NCBI GenBank assembly: GCA_963796105.1
Contig: CAWCKJ010000008.1
Location: forward strand, 96,001 to 160,000
Direction of reading: 5' to 3'
Origin: a candidate division FCPU426 bacterium
Lineage (GTDB): Bacteria; Oederibacteriota; Muellerivitia; Muellerivitales; Muellerivitaceae
Length of the DNA: 64,000 nucleotides
Part shown: positions 18,160-28,577 of the stretch, in pieces
Layout of the letters: each line of letters opens with the position of its first letter
Position numbering within the stretch: position 1 is the first letter of the stretch
Position numbers and translations under genes: made by a program
The notes under the pieces: model-generated
Told to the model about the DNA's origin: nothing
Database searches by the model: none
The model's input: the letters and a program-made list of their open reading frames with translations, nothing else

Positions 18160-19616
18160 TGGAATCAAAAAACATATTTTTGTTTATTGCGAATTGGACG
18201 AATTATAGGAAGTGGACTTTAGTTCTAAGTTTGTTTTTTATAATCATTCTTACGAGTTATTTTATTTTTCAACATAATGGAAATCTTTTTTCCGGCCTTC
18301 TCCTATTCTATGTTCCACTTACTCTTTCGGCTGTCATTCTTAATATAACCGTAACAACCGTCTTAACTGTTTTCATGATCCTTTTTTCGCTTTATTTTCT
18401 GACCGCGATTTCCGCCCCGGCTTGGGAACCCGCCATTTTAATATTAAGCGCGGCTATCAATTATTTTTATTGGTATTACTGGATTAGGGATAAAGAAAAT
18501 CAGGAATTCCATTATTTGAAATCAATGGAAGATTTGGAATTGAACTCCAATGATACACATTTATCCCATGAAAAAGTGAAAGTCGCTTTTCAAGCTAATC
18601 AAATCAAGATCCAACGTTATACCGCGCTTAATGAGTTAGCGCGAAGTCTCGCGATGGTTTTCAAAACTCAAGATGTTGTGATTCTTTTGATTGAAACAAT
18701 ATCAAAAACGTTTATGGCTCCAGGAGGGGTTTACACTCTGCTTTTATTTGACAGTAGTATTGGCAAATCCCTGCATGCGGTTCGTTACAGCGTGGACACC
18801 GAAATGGATGTGCGGTTGAATAGAGAAAGATTGAACCCGAATGAGGCCTTTAACGCCTGGGTGATTGCCCAGTTCAAGCCCCTTTTTGTAAGCGACACTT
18901 TCAATGATTTTCGATTCCAGAATCTGATCGCTGAAAGTGGGGTTCAAAGCCTGGTTTCAGCGCCGCTTATGGCCGGCAATGTGATATTGGGGCTCATTAG
19001 AATGGAAAGTTGCTTTGGGGGTGTTTTCCGGCAAGACGACGCGAGGCTTCTATCTAATTTCGCGGATCTTGGAACCGTCGCCCTGGAACACGTGGCTCTT
19101 TATAGACAAACAATCGAATTGGCTATTACCGATGGATTGACAGGGTTATATGTTCAACGCTATTACAAGGAAAGAGTGCGGGATGAGGTATACCGAGCTT
19201 TGGAACATAAGCTTCCTTTGAGTTTATTAATGATAGATGTGGATAATTTCAAGAGTTATAACGATCGGTATGGCCATTTGGTAGGAGACAGGGTTTTAAA
19301 AGTTGTGGCTCAAGTATTAAAAGAAACCGTGAGGACTGTTGATTTAGTCGCTCGTTATGGGGGAGAGGAGTTCTCCGTCCTATTGTTAAAAACACCAGGT
19401 CTAGGGGCGCAAACGGTCGCAGAGAGAATTCTGCAAAAAGTGGCGGAACAAGAAATCATTGCGGCTGGTCAGACAACCCACATCACCGTAAGCATCGGAG
19501 TAGCCGAGTTAAGGGATACTTATAAAGATGTTGAATCTTTTATCCGTCCCGCTGATCAAGCCCTTTATCAAGCGAAAGCTGATGGAAAAAATTGTGTTCG
19601 ACTTTCTAACGAATAA
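18159..19616 (+). CDS. Membrane-anchored GAF-GGDEF diguanylate cyclase
   Basis: N-terminal TM helices, GAF, TDGLTGL, DVDNFKSYND.YGH..GD, RTVD I-site plus GGEEF. Confidence 0.92.
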   Translation: MESKNIFLFIANWTNYRKWTLVLSLFFIIILTSYFIFQHNGNLFSGLLLFYVPLTLSAVILNITVTTVLTVFMILFSLYFLTAISAPAWEPAILILSAAINYFYWYYWIRDKENQEFHYLKSMEDLELNSNDTHLSHEKVKVAFQANQIKIQRYTALNELARSLAMVFKTQDVVILLIETISKTFMAPGGVYTLLLFDSSIGKSLHAVRYSVDTEMDVRLNRERLNPNEAFNAWVIAQFKPLFVSDTFNDFRFQNLIAESGVQSLVSAPLMAGNVILGLIRMESCFGGVFRQDDARLLSNFADLGTVALEHVALYRQTIELAITDGLTGLYVQRYYKERVRDEVYRALEHKLPLSLLMIDVDNFKSYNDRYGHLVGDRVLKVVAQVLKETVRTVDLVARYGGEEFSVLLLKTPGLGAQTVAERILQKVAEQEIIAAGQTTHITVSIGVAELRDTYKDVESFIRPADQALYQAKADGKNCVRLSNE

Positions 19617-19650
19617 CCATGTATACCCTTTGGTTCAGTTGAATTAATGA

Positions 19651-21057
19651 ATGGAGTTTTTAGTGTCTGAAATTTTAAAAAGACTTCTCGGAGCTATTTT
19701 GGGACTCGCCTTTCTAGCCCTCGGACTTGACCCCAATCGGGGAGTAATTTATTTTTCGTTGCCAATTTTTTTCATGATTCCCATGCGTTATAAATTTCCC
19801 ACAATTGCCATGTGGTTTTTTATTGTTTTTGTTGTTGGGTCATTAATCGGGGAATTCGGGTTCAATCATTTCAACACTTTTTTGATTTACCCTGAAATAG
19901 CGGCAATTGTGTTTTTATTCCTGACCCCAAATTATATAAGGGCGAGAAAGGAAATAGCTGAAATGACCTTCACTACCTCGTTTGCCTCTAAACAAAATGA
20001 ATTTAACATTCTTAAAATTGAGGCGGAGGGCCTAAAAAAAGAAAACAATCAAATTGAAAAGCAACTTCGGCAGATTGAGCATTTATATGATGTCATCAAG
20101 GAAGCGGGAAGTACCCTTAATGTGCAAGAAATGATTGAGCTCGCGAAGGAATTTACGGAACGGATGTTCGATCTGCCCCATTTTATAATTGCGGCTCTTA
20201 CAAATGATGGGAGGAAATTCGAGGTTCAAATTTCCTCCGGCTGTGATGATATATTTTTAAAATCGTTAGAAATAGATTTGGAGTCTGACGAAATTGGATC
20301 GGTTTTGGCCCGAGAAAAAAAACCTGTTTGGTTTTCGAGCTTTAGCGAGGATTCTCGGTTTTCCAAATTGGTTCATTACTCTATTCGAGCTTTCTTATTC
20401 TTGCCTTTTCTCGTTCAAGACCGTGTCATTGGTTTTCTTTGCTCATATTCTTTAAATAATGATTTTTTAGATGGCGAGAAATTTTCAAATTTACAGGTCT
20501 TCTGCAATCAAATTTCCATAGGACTCCAGAAATCCATGCTATATGAACGGGTTCAAAAACTTTCTATTACCGACGGTCTTACGAAACTCTATTCATACCG
20601 TTATTTCAAGCAACGACTGGAAGAGGAACTGATATTGGCAAACCGTTATTCCTCTCAGTTAAGTCTTTTAATACTCGATATCGATCATTTTAAGCATTAT
20701 AACGACACTTTTGGCCACGTAGCGGGAGACCATGTTTTAATGGAGGTGGCGAAAATATTAAAAGAACAATCCGATATCACTCATTTAGCCGCACGATATG
20801 GGGGTGAAGAAATGGTTTTGGTAGCTTCCGAAACTACGAAAGAACAAGCCATGGATTTGGCTGAAAAAATCCGGGAAAAAATCGAGAGCCACTCTGTTGC
20901 GGTTGGAAAAGAAACTACTAACGTGACGGTTTCAATTGGGGTGGCGACCTTTCCTCAAGATTCTCAAACGAATTTAGACTTAATCGCCAAAGCCGATAAA
21001 GCTTTATATGCGGCTAAATCGCGTGGTCGGAATAGGATTGTAGCCTATCCAATTTAA
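19651..21057 (+). CDS. Membrane-anchored GAF-GGDEF diguanylate cyclase
   Basis: TM helices, coiled coil, GAF, TDGLTKL, DIDHFK.YND.FGH..GD, RYGGEEM. Confidence 0.92.
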   Translation: MEFLVSEILKRLLGAILGLAFLALGLDPNRGVIYFSLPIFFMIPMRYKFPTIAMWFFIVFVVGSLIGEFGFNHFNTFLIYPEIAAIVFLFLTPNYIRARKEIAEMTFTTSFASKQNEFNILKIEAEGLKKENNQIEKQLRQIEHLYDVIKEAGSTLNVQEMIELAKEFTERMFDLPHFIIAALTNDGRKFEVQISSGCDDIFLKSLEIDLESDEIGSVLAREKKPVWFSSFSEDSRFSKLVHYSIRAFLFLPFLVQDRVIGFLCSYSLNNDFLDGEKFSNLQVFCNQISIGLQKSMLYERVQKLSITDGLTKLYSYRYFKQRLEEELILANRYSSQLSLLILDIDHFKHYNDTFGHVAGDHVLMEVAKILKEQSDITHLAARYGGEEMVLVASETTKEQAMDLAEKIREKIESHSVAVGKETTNVTVSIGVATFPQDSQTNLDLIAKADKALYAAKSRGRNRIVAYPI

Positions 21058-21087
21058 ACGGTAAAATGTAAAGACCCGGAAAAAAAG

Positions 21088-21116
21088 TTGACACCCTATA
21101 AAGCCTTCAGTAGGAT
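21088..21116 (+). promoter_or_regulatory. sigma70 promoter of rho
   Basis: TTGACA-17bp-TAGGAT. Confidence 0.65.
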
Positions 21117-21357
21117 GTTGCCGTTGGTGAAAGTTCCTTTTCTTATCTCTTTTACTCCCGACATTGGTCCCTTGATTTCATAATCGTTCTTTTGACGCAA
21201 TGTAAATAGGGAATTCCCAGATTAGCATATTTAAGCCATTTCGACCCCGAAATTTTCATGGATGAATTCACATTAAAAATCAATCCGATTTAAAAATACG
21301 ATTGTTACCCGACAATTTTCGTTTGGGAAACAATGAACGGAAAGGAAATTAGCAGTT

Positions 21358-22617
21358 ATGGATATAGCTGATTTAAAAAAGAAAAATATAGCTGAGTTGA
21401 CTGATGTCGCCCGGGAGTTGAAGATTGAAGATGTCGGATCCATGAAAAAACAGGATTTGATATTCAAAATTCTTGAAACACAGACGCAAAGAAACGGGGT
21501 CATTAACGCTGAGGGAGTACTAGAAATTCTTCCTGATGGTTTTGGCTTCCTGAGATCTGCCAACTACAATTATTTGCCGGGCCCGGATGACATCTATGTT
21601 TCCCCATCTCAAATTCGAAGGTTTAATTTGCGAACAGGCGATACGGTTACCGGTCAAGTTCGCCCGCCAAAAGAAGGTGAAAGATATTTTGCTCTTTTAA
21701 AAGTCGATAGTATTAATTTCGAGCCGCCTGAAGCTATAAAACACAAGGTACTGTTCGATAATCTTACCCCGATTTACCCCAATAAAAGAATTTGGCTTGA
21801 AACGACGCAAGAAGATCTTTCCATGAGAGTTATGGATCTTTTAATCCCGTTGGGAAAAGGCCAGAGGGGTTTAGTGGTTTCGCCGCCGCGCGCAGGAAAG
21901 ACAATTTTATTGCAAAAAATCGCCAACAGCATCACGAAAAACCACCCTGAGGTGTATTTGATCGTTCTTTTAATTGACGAACGACCAGAAGAAGTGACTG
22001 ATATGCAACGTTCTGTAAAAGGGGAAGTTGTTTCATCGACTTTTGATGAACCGCCGGAGCGCCATGTAACTGTTGCGGAAATAATTATCGAGAAAGCCAA
22101 ACGTTTAGTGGAGCATAAAAAAGATGTGGTCATTCTTCTGGATTCCATTACTCGTTTGGGTAGAGCCTATAACACTATTGTCCCGCCTTCTGGGAAGGTT
22201 TTATCCGGGGGTGTGGATTCTAACGCTCTTCAACGGCCAAAACGTTTTTTCGGGGCTGCTCGAGACATTGAAGAAGGGGGTAGCTTGACCATTATCGCTA
22301 CGGCGCTCATAGATACAGGAAGCCGAATGGATGAAGTGATTTTCGAAGAATTCAAGGGAACTGGAAACATGGAAATCATTTTGGATAGGAAACTTGCAGA
22401 CAGACGCGTATTTCCCGCATTTGACATTACTCGATCAGGAACTCGCCGTGAAGAACTCTTGTTAACAGAGGAGGAATTAAACAAAGTTTGGATTTTGAGA
22501 AAAATTCTCAATCCAAACAATCCTGTTGAAGCAATGGAATTTCTTCTTGATAAAATGAGACGTGCGAAAACCAACAAAGCCTTTTTGGATTCCATGAAGG
22601 GGACGGTAAACGATTAA
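21358..22617 (+). CDS. rho: Transcription termination factor Rho
   Basis: [24 protein letters not shown]...[26 protein letters not shown]. Confidence 0.98.
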   Translation: MDIADLKKKNIAELTDVARELKIEDVGSMKKQDLIFKILETQTQRNGVINAEGVLEILPDGFGFLRSANYNYLPGPDDIYVSPSQIRRFNLRTGDTVTGQVRPPKEGERYFALLKVDSINFEPPEAIKHKVLFDNLTPIYPNKRIWLETTQEDLSMRVMDLLIPLGKGQRGLVVSPPRAGKTILLQKIANSITKNHPEVYLIVLLIDERPEEVTDMQRSVKGEVVSSTFDEPPERHVTVAEIIIEKAKRLVEHKKDVVILLDSITRLGRAYNTIVPPSGKVLSGGVDSNALQRPKRFFGAARDIEEGGSLTIIATALIDTGSRMDEVIFEEFKGTGNMEIILDRKLADRRVFPAFDITRSGTRREELLLTEEELNKVWILRKILNPNNPVEAMEFLLDKMRRAKTNKAFLDSMKGTVND

Positions 22618-22620
22618 ATC

Positions 22621-23550
22621 ATGGAGCCGCTTCTGAGGCGAGTTTATATTGCTGTTTCATCAATCCTTCTAATTCTTTGGTTTTCTATGTTGTTCTTTGC
22701 TGGCAATGATTACGAGACGAAAATATATGATTGGTTAATACCATCATCGTCAGTATATACCAAAGAATTACAAGACTTTATTCCGACCTTAACAGTTAAA
22801 GGTGTTGGATTTACGATTTATCATACAAAATCCGGAGAAACTTTTTCCGCGTTGGCCTCTCGATTTCATGTTTCGGAACAAGCCCTTCGTAGTTTGAATC
22901 AGGCTAATTTCAATGTTGAGCCTGGATCCGATACCGCTGTTATTATTCCTTCTAAAAATGGAATTTATCATATCGTGAGGCAGGGGCAAGGGCTTGCGGA
23001 TATTGCCCGAGCTTATAGGGCTCCGTTAAAGGAAATATTGAGGGCTAACCAAATAAAAGGGGACGAGGATCTTCGACCGGGAGAGATTTTGTTTCTCCCG
23101 CAGGCTCGTTATATAACCAGGAATGATTTTCACTGGATAACATTATGTTCAATTCAGTCGCAAAAAGGTTTTCTTAAACCCACGACAGGACGATTCGCGG
23201 ATGGATTTGGGATGCGCAGGCATCCGATAACAGGGAAAATGGCATTTCATTATGGTTTGGATTTGGCTCCTGGTTGGCGGGCAAGGGTAGTGGCTTCCCA
23301 GGATGGGCGAGTTGATTTTGCTGGAATTAAACCTGGTTTTGGCAGATTAATTGTTTTAAATCATGGAAATGGCCTTACCTCCTGGTATGCCCACTTGGAT
23401 CAGATTTTCGTGAAATTAAAGGAAAATGTGAAAAAGGGAACTTTAATTGGAAAAGTTGGAAAAAGCGGAAAAGTTACAGGGCCTCACCTGCATTTTGAAA
23501 TAAGGCTTAATGGGAAGCCCCAAAACCCGTTGCTTTATTTGGCAAAATAA
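22621..23550 (+). CDS. LysM-domain M23 family peptidase
   Basis: N-terminal TM, two LysM-like repeats, HYGLD, YAHL, TGPHLHFEIR. Confidence 0.9.
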   Translation: MEPLLRRVYIAVSSILLILWFSMLFFAGNDYETKIYDWLIPSSSVYTKELQDFIPTLTVKGVGFTIYHTKSGETFSALASRFHVSEQALRSLNQANFNVEPGSDTAVIIPSKNGIYHIVRQGQGLADIARAYRAPLKEILRANQIKGDEDLRPGEILFLPQARYITRNDFHWITLCSIQSQKGFLKPTTGRFADGFGMRRHPITGKMAFHYGLDLAPGWRARVVASQDGRVDFAGIKPGFGRLIVLNHGNGLTSWYAHLDQIFVKLKENVKKGTLIGKVGKSGKVTGPHLHFEIRLNGKPQNPLLYLAK

Positions 23551-23675
23551 TTCTCATGGTGTTTAACTATTAAAAAAGGATTAGGAAGAATTAATACATG
23601 ATTTAGGAAATATTTCTTGATTATTGTGCATTATGGGAAGAAAGAGTATTTAGCTTTTTTCAAATATAAAATTTT

Positions 23676-24663
23676 CATGCCTATCCGAACAACGCTTGCG
23701 CAGTAATGGGTTTTGCCAAAGCGCAAGCGGTTAAGGCCCGGTGAAATAAGGAATCTGGGTCATGGCGACGATTGAACCGATAAGTATATTCGCTCAAGTA
23801 TCCAGGCAGATATTTCACGTTGACTCCATGATGGGTTCCTAGGATCCAAGCCTTGGCGTTGGAAATGAATCGGTGGACCCAAGGTAACCAGTGATTTAAC
23901 ACCACTGGGTCATTGGCTGTTACCTGGTACTCCACATCCACGTTTTCCAAGTTTCTCAAGCTGGGACTGGCATCCGTGTTTATCATGGCGCCTTTCTGGA
24001 TTGCTTGATCGACGAATGCTTGGGCTTCCCACTTGGTTTCTGCGGTCACCTTTATCTTTGCAAAACCCGCTTTCTCTTTTTTGCGCCCTTTCTCATCTAT
24101 CCATTCTTTGCTTTCAACCGCCACCAGCACTTCAGCCTGGTTTTCCTTTTCTCTCTTGCCGAATACAGCCCCATCCAACTCAATGATTTCCTTGAGTTGG
24201 TAATTTTCATCCCTTTGTCGAAGACTTTCCCGAATCTTATGCAACATCCTCCAAACGGTATCGTAGGAGGGCATTCCCAATTGCCGCTGAAGTTCCAGGG
24301 CTGAAATGCCCCTTTTCCCTTGCATCACCAATCCAATCATCCTCAACCAGGTTAAGATTGGGATCTTGGATTTCCGGAAGATCGTTCCGGCTCGAAGCCG
24401 TATTTGCTTTCGACAATAGTCACATTCCCGCACTTCGGGGCGGTTTTTGTGTTGCCAGAAACTTTCTCCTTCACATTGTGGGCAAACAAAGTCTTTTCCG
24501 GCAAAACGGCTCTTCCACACCCATTGACGTGCCTTTTCTTCTGTATCGATTTCCTTGAAAATCTCAATCCCCTTCATCCGTTGGTAGTTCATAATTTGCC
24601 CCTCCAACAATGAGTATACTCCTGTATTCCTTTATTTCAACAGGTACCGTTTGGAGAGGCATT
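23676..24663 (-). mobile_element. IS1595-family element (type b), 988 bp
   Basis: Ends CATGCCTATCC / GGAGAGGCATT; 8-bp target duplication AAAATTTT (23668-23675, 24664-24671). Confidence 0.95.
23681..24592 (-). CDS. IS1595 transposase (type b)
   Basis: Zn ribbon, IELDG, NTD, YRFNRR; ATG at 24592 after GGAGG; protein identical to 57422-58333. Confidence 0.93.
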   Translation of the reverse strand: MNYQRMKGIEIFKEIDTEEKARQWVWKSRFAGKDFVCPQCEGESFWQHKNRPEVRECDYCRKQIRLRAGTIFRKSKIPILTWLRMIGLVMQGKRGISALELQRQLGMPSYDTVWRMLHKIRESLRQRDENYQLKEIIELDGAVFGKREKENQAEVLVAVESKEWIDEKGRKKEKAGFAKIKVTAETKWEAQAFVDQAIQKGAMINTDASPSLRNLENVDVEYQVTANDPVVLNHWLPWVHRFISNAKAWILGTHHGVNVKYLPGYLSEYTYRFNRRHDPDSLFHRALTACALAKPITAQALFG

Positions 24664-24746
24664 AAAATTTTATGTCGCTAGGGGAGTTCAATCAGAATGA
24701 AAAATCGCCTCATCAAATTGGTCTCTGCGAAAACAGCAAAGAAAGA

Positions 24747-24776
24747 TTGACTTGTTTAAAGATGAATCTGTATAAT
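24747..24776 (+). promoter_or_regulatory. Putative rpoB promoter
   Basis: TTGACT-18bp-TATAAT. Confidence 0.6.
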
Positions 24777-24860
24777 CCTTTCTCTTTGTCCCAAGAAAGA
24801 AAACTCCTAATCCGTGTTTTTAAAAGTTTTACATTCCTGCCATGATCCGGAGGATTTTCG

Positions 24861-27800
24861 GTGAAAAAAGTTAAATTTGGTCGTCGTGAACGAATAGATT
24901 TTAGCCGGATACCCATCATTATGGATATGCCGGATTTAATCGAATTTCAAAGAAAATCATATGAAGCTTTTTTGCAAAAAGATTTTTTAGCCGAAGAAAG
25001 GCAAGATCAAGGCCTCCAATCTGTTTTTAGTAGTGTTTTTCCAATTTGGGATTTCAATGAAGTTTCCTCCCTAGAGTTTGTTTCTTATTCACTCCTGGAA
25101 CCAAAGTATAACGTCCGTGAATGTCAGGAACGAGGGATGACCTATTCTGTGCCAATGAAAGTCACTTTGCGTTTGGTTATTCGGGAGGAAGATCCTGAGA
25201 CTGGAACAAAAAAAGTAAAAGATATTCGCGAACAAGAAGTCTTTTTTTGCGATTTGCCCATGATGACAAATCGCGGCACATTTATGATCAATGGCGCTGA
25301 AAGAGTTATCGTTTCACAATTACACCGATCGCCTGGGGTAACTTTTGACGAAGATGAAGGGAAATTTTCTTCAGCCGGAAAGAAAATGTATATGGCAAGC
25401 GTGATTCCTTATCATGGGTCCTGGCTTGAGTTTGAGTTTGATGTTAACGGAATACTTTACGCCCGCATTGATCGAAAAAGAAAATTTGTTGCCAGCACAT
25501 TGCTTCGTGCATGGGGTTTTTCAACAGATGAGGATATTTTAAAAATTTTCTTTGAATTAGAAAATTACGAGGTTTCTGAAAAAAAGCTCTTAGGAAAAAC
25601 AGCCGCACAGGACGTGACTAGTCCGGAAACTGGGGAGGTGGTTGTTGAAGCGGGCGCTGATTTTACGCCCGAGGTAATAGGTGTATTGAAGAAATTAGGA
25701 ATAAAACAAGTTAAGGCTGTTTCCGCGAACCCGAATGATGTTTCGATTTTAAACACATTACGGAAAGATAACACACATTCGACTGAATCGGCATTGGTGG
25801 AAATTTACAAAAAAATTAGGCCGGGTGATCCTCCGACTTTGGAAAATGCCAAGAACTTAATGGAGAATTTGTTTTTTAATAAAAAGCGTTATGATTTGGC
25901 GCGTGTTGGTCGATATAAATTAAATAAAAAACTCGGGTTAAAAACCACATTGGATCAACGCATTATTTCTAAAGACGACCTAGTTTATGTTATTCGATAT
26001 CTTTTTAATCTTTGCAATGGACAGGGTGAAAAAGATGACATTGATCATTTGGGCAACCGCCGCATACGAACGGCTGGCGAACTTCTGGAAAATAAACTTA
26101 GGCTAGGCTTTACACGGATGGAAAGGGCGGTTAGGGAGCGTATGTCCATTGTGGATATGGATATGAACCCCATGCCGAGTCAACTTATTTCCACAAAACC
26201 AATTACTGCAGCTGTAAAAGAATTTTTTGGGACCTCCCAGCTATCACAATTTATGGATCAGACAAATCCCTTGGCGGAGTTGACCCATAAAAGGCGTCTT
26301 TCCGCATTGGGCCCTGGTGGTTTAAACAGAGAACGCGCCGGGTTTGAAGTTAGAGACGTTCATCATACTCATTATGGAAGAGTATGCCCGATCGAAACCC
26401 CAGAAGGGCCTAATATTGGCTTAATTGCTTCATTGTCTACTTATGCTCAAATAAACGAGTTCGGTTTTGTTACTACTCCTTTGCGAAAAGTTGATGGGGG
26501 CCGGGTTGGCAAAAAAATCGAATTTCTACCAGCAGATGATGCCGACAAATACATTATCGCGCAAGCAAACTCTCCTTTGGATGAAAGTAATAAGTTTTCG
26601 AATGAGATTATTTCAGCGAGATTTAAAGATGATTTTCCGTTAGTTTCTTCCCATGAAATTCATTACATGGATGTTTCGCCCCGTCAGCTATTTTCGGTTG
26701 CGACCTCTCTTATTCCTTTTTTGGAGCATGATGATGCTAATCGAGCTCTCATGGGATCTAATATGCAACGGCAGGCGGTTCCATTGATACGAACCGAGGC
26801 ACCCTTAGTTGGGACGGGAATGGAATATAAAGCTGCTTATGATTCGGGAGTTTTAGTAATAGCTAAACGTGATGGAATTGTTGCAGGTGTTTCATCTGAT
26901 GAAATAATAATTTTCGCGGATGAGGGAGATGAAACTGGTTCCGTGGATATTTATAAGCTGATTAAATACAAACGATCCAACCAAGATACTTGTATTAATC
27001 AAAGACCTATTGTTAAGAAAAATGAAAAAATAAAAAAAGGTGATGTTATTGCCGATGGGCCATCAACAGACCAAGGAGAGTTAGCCTTGGGGAGAAATCT
27101 TTTGGTGGCTTTTATGCCTTGGAGGGGTTTCAACTTTGAGGACGCTATCATTGTTTCTGAAAAGCTGGTCAGGGAAGATTATTTCACTTCTGTCCACATT
27201 GAGGAGTTTGAGCTGGAAGCTCGCGATACTAAATTGGGAAAAGAAGAAATCACTCGAGACATACCTAATGTCGGAGATGATGCCCTTAAAGATTTGGATG
27301 AAGAGGGAATAATACGTATTGGCGCAGAGGTTGTTCCTGGCGATATTTTGGTTGGAAAAGTTACTCCCAAGGGCGAAACGGAATTAACCCCGGAAGAAAA
27401 ACTGCTTCGAGCTATATTTGGCGAAAAGGCGGGGGATGTACGGGATGCTTCTTTAAGGGTTCCCCCGGGAGTCGAGGGAAAAGTAATTGATATTAAAGTT
27501 TTTAAAAGAAAAGAAAAAGATGAAAAAGTAAAGGGACGGGATGCCTCGATGGTTAAATCCATCGAAAAAGAAGCTCTTCATCGGAATAAACAGTTGGAAA
27601 AAGAAACCTTAAGCCGGATTGAAAATTTGAGGAATCAGTATTCTGAAAAAGTTAAAAATCTAAATAAAGCAGAAAGCCTTGAACTGCAGGATAACTTAAA
27701 TGAGGAAGAGAAAAGATTAAAAGAAGTATTAGAAAATCGGTACAAGGAAATTGAACGCGATAAAAACAATGAAATAGAAAAAATAAAAAGAGGGGATGAA

Positions 27801-28565
27801 CTTGCTCCGGGAGTTATTAAATTAGTAAAAGTTTATATAGCCAAGAAAAGAAAGCTGTCGGTAGGCGACAAAATGGCTGGTCGACACGGAAACAAGGGTG
27901 TTGTTTCAAAAATAGTGCCGGAAGAAGATATGCCTTATTTGCCGGACGGCCGGCCGGTAGATATTATTCTAAATCCCCTTGGGGTTCCCTCTCGCATGAA
28001 TGTTGGACAGATATTGGAAACTCATTTGGGCTGGGCAGCTCATGAAGGTGGGTATCATGTTGCTTCCCCAGTATTTGATGGCGCAAAAGAAGAGGAAATA
28101 AAAAAAGCTCTTATTGAACAAAAATTGCCGGAGTCAGGAAAAATTAGGCTATATGACGGTATGACGGGTGAACCTTTTGATCAGGAAGTGACAGTTGGTT
28201 ATATATATATTCTTAAATTAGCTCATTTGGTGGACGACAAAATTCATGCGCGTTCAATTGGGCCATATTCCCTAATAACCCAACAACCACTTGGAGGAAA
28301 AGCGCAATTTGGTGGACAACGTTTTGGGGAAATGGAAGTTTGGGCTTTAGAAGCCTATGGGGCAGCCTACACCTTACAAGAACTTTTAACTGTTAAATCT
28401 GATGATGTTCAAGGAAGGACCAAAATTTATGAGGCGATTGTTAAGGGGAAAAATGCTCCAGAACCCGGAATTCCGGAGTCTTTCAACGTATTGGTCAAAG
28501 AATTGCAGGGTCTATGCTTAGATGTCAAACTCTTAAAAAATCCAAATAAAATATCTAATAATTGA
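24861..28565 (+). CDS. rpoB: RNA polymerase beta subunit
   Basis: [37 protein letters not shown] start after GGAGG. Confidence 0.99.
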   Translation: MKKVKFGRRERIDFSRIPIIMDMPDLIEFQRKSYEAFLQKDFLAEERQDQGLQSVFSSVFPIWDFNEVSSLEFVSYSLLEPKYNVRECQERGMTYSVPMKVTLRLVIREEDPETGTKKVKDIREQEVFFCDLPMMTNRGTFMINGAERVIVSQLHRSPGVTFDEDEGKFSSAGKKMYMASVIPYHGSWLEFEFDVNGILYARIDRKRKFVASTLLRAWGFSTDEDILKIFFELENYEVSEKKLLGKTAAQDVTSPETGEVVVEAGADFTPEVIGVLKKLGIKQVKAVSANPNDVSILNTLRKDNTHSTESALVEIYKKIRPGDPPTLENAKNLMENLFFNKKRYDLARVGRYKLNKKLGLKTTLDQRIISKDDLVYVIRYLFNLCNGQGEKDDIDHLGNRRIRTAGELLENKLRLGFTRMERAVRERMSIVDMDMNPMPSQLISTKPITAAVKEFFGTSQLSQFMDQTNPLAELTHKRRLSALGPGGLNRERAGFEVRDVHHTHYGRVCPIETPEGPNIGLIASLSTYAQINEFGFVTTPLRKVDGGRVGKKIEFLPADDADKYIIAQANSPLDESNKFSNEIISARFKDDFPLVSSHEIHYMDVSPRQLFSVATSLIPFLEHDDANRALMGSNMQRQAVPLIRTEAPLVGTGMEYKAAYDSGVLVIAKRDGIVAGVSSDEIIIFADEGDETGSVDIYKLIKYKRSNQDTCINQRPIVKKNEKIKKGDVIADGPSTDQGELALGRNLLVAFMPWRGFNFEDAIIVSEKLVREDYFTSVHIEEFELEARDTKLGKEEITRDIPNVGDDALKDLDEEGIIRIGAEVVPGDILVGKVTPKGETELTPEEKLLRAIFGEKAGDVRDASLRVPPGVEGKVIDIKVFKRKEKDEKVKGRDASMVKSIEKEALHRNKQLEKETLSRIENLRNQYSEKVKNLNKAESLELQDNLNEEEKRLKEVLENRYKEIERDKNNEIEKIKRGDELAPGVIKLVKVYIAKKRKLSVGDKMAGRHGNKGVVSKIVPEEDMPYLPDGRPVDIILNPLGVPSRMNVGQILETHLGWAAHEGGYHVASPVFDGAKEEEIKKALIEQKLPESGKIRLYDGMTGEPFDQEVTVGYIYILKLAHLVDDKIHARSIGPYSLITQQPLGGKAQFGGQRFGEMEVWALEAYGAAYTLQELLTVKSDDVQGRTKIYEAIVKGKNAPEPGIPESFNVLVKELQGLCLDVKLLKNPNKISNN

Positions 28566-28577
28566 AGGAGTTTAACT

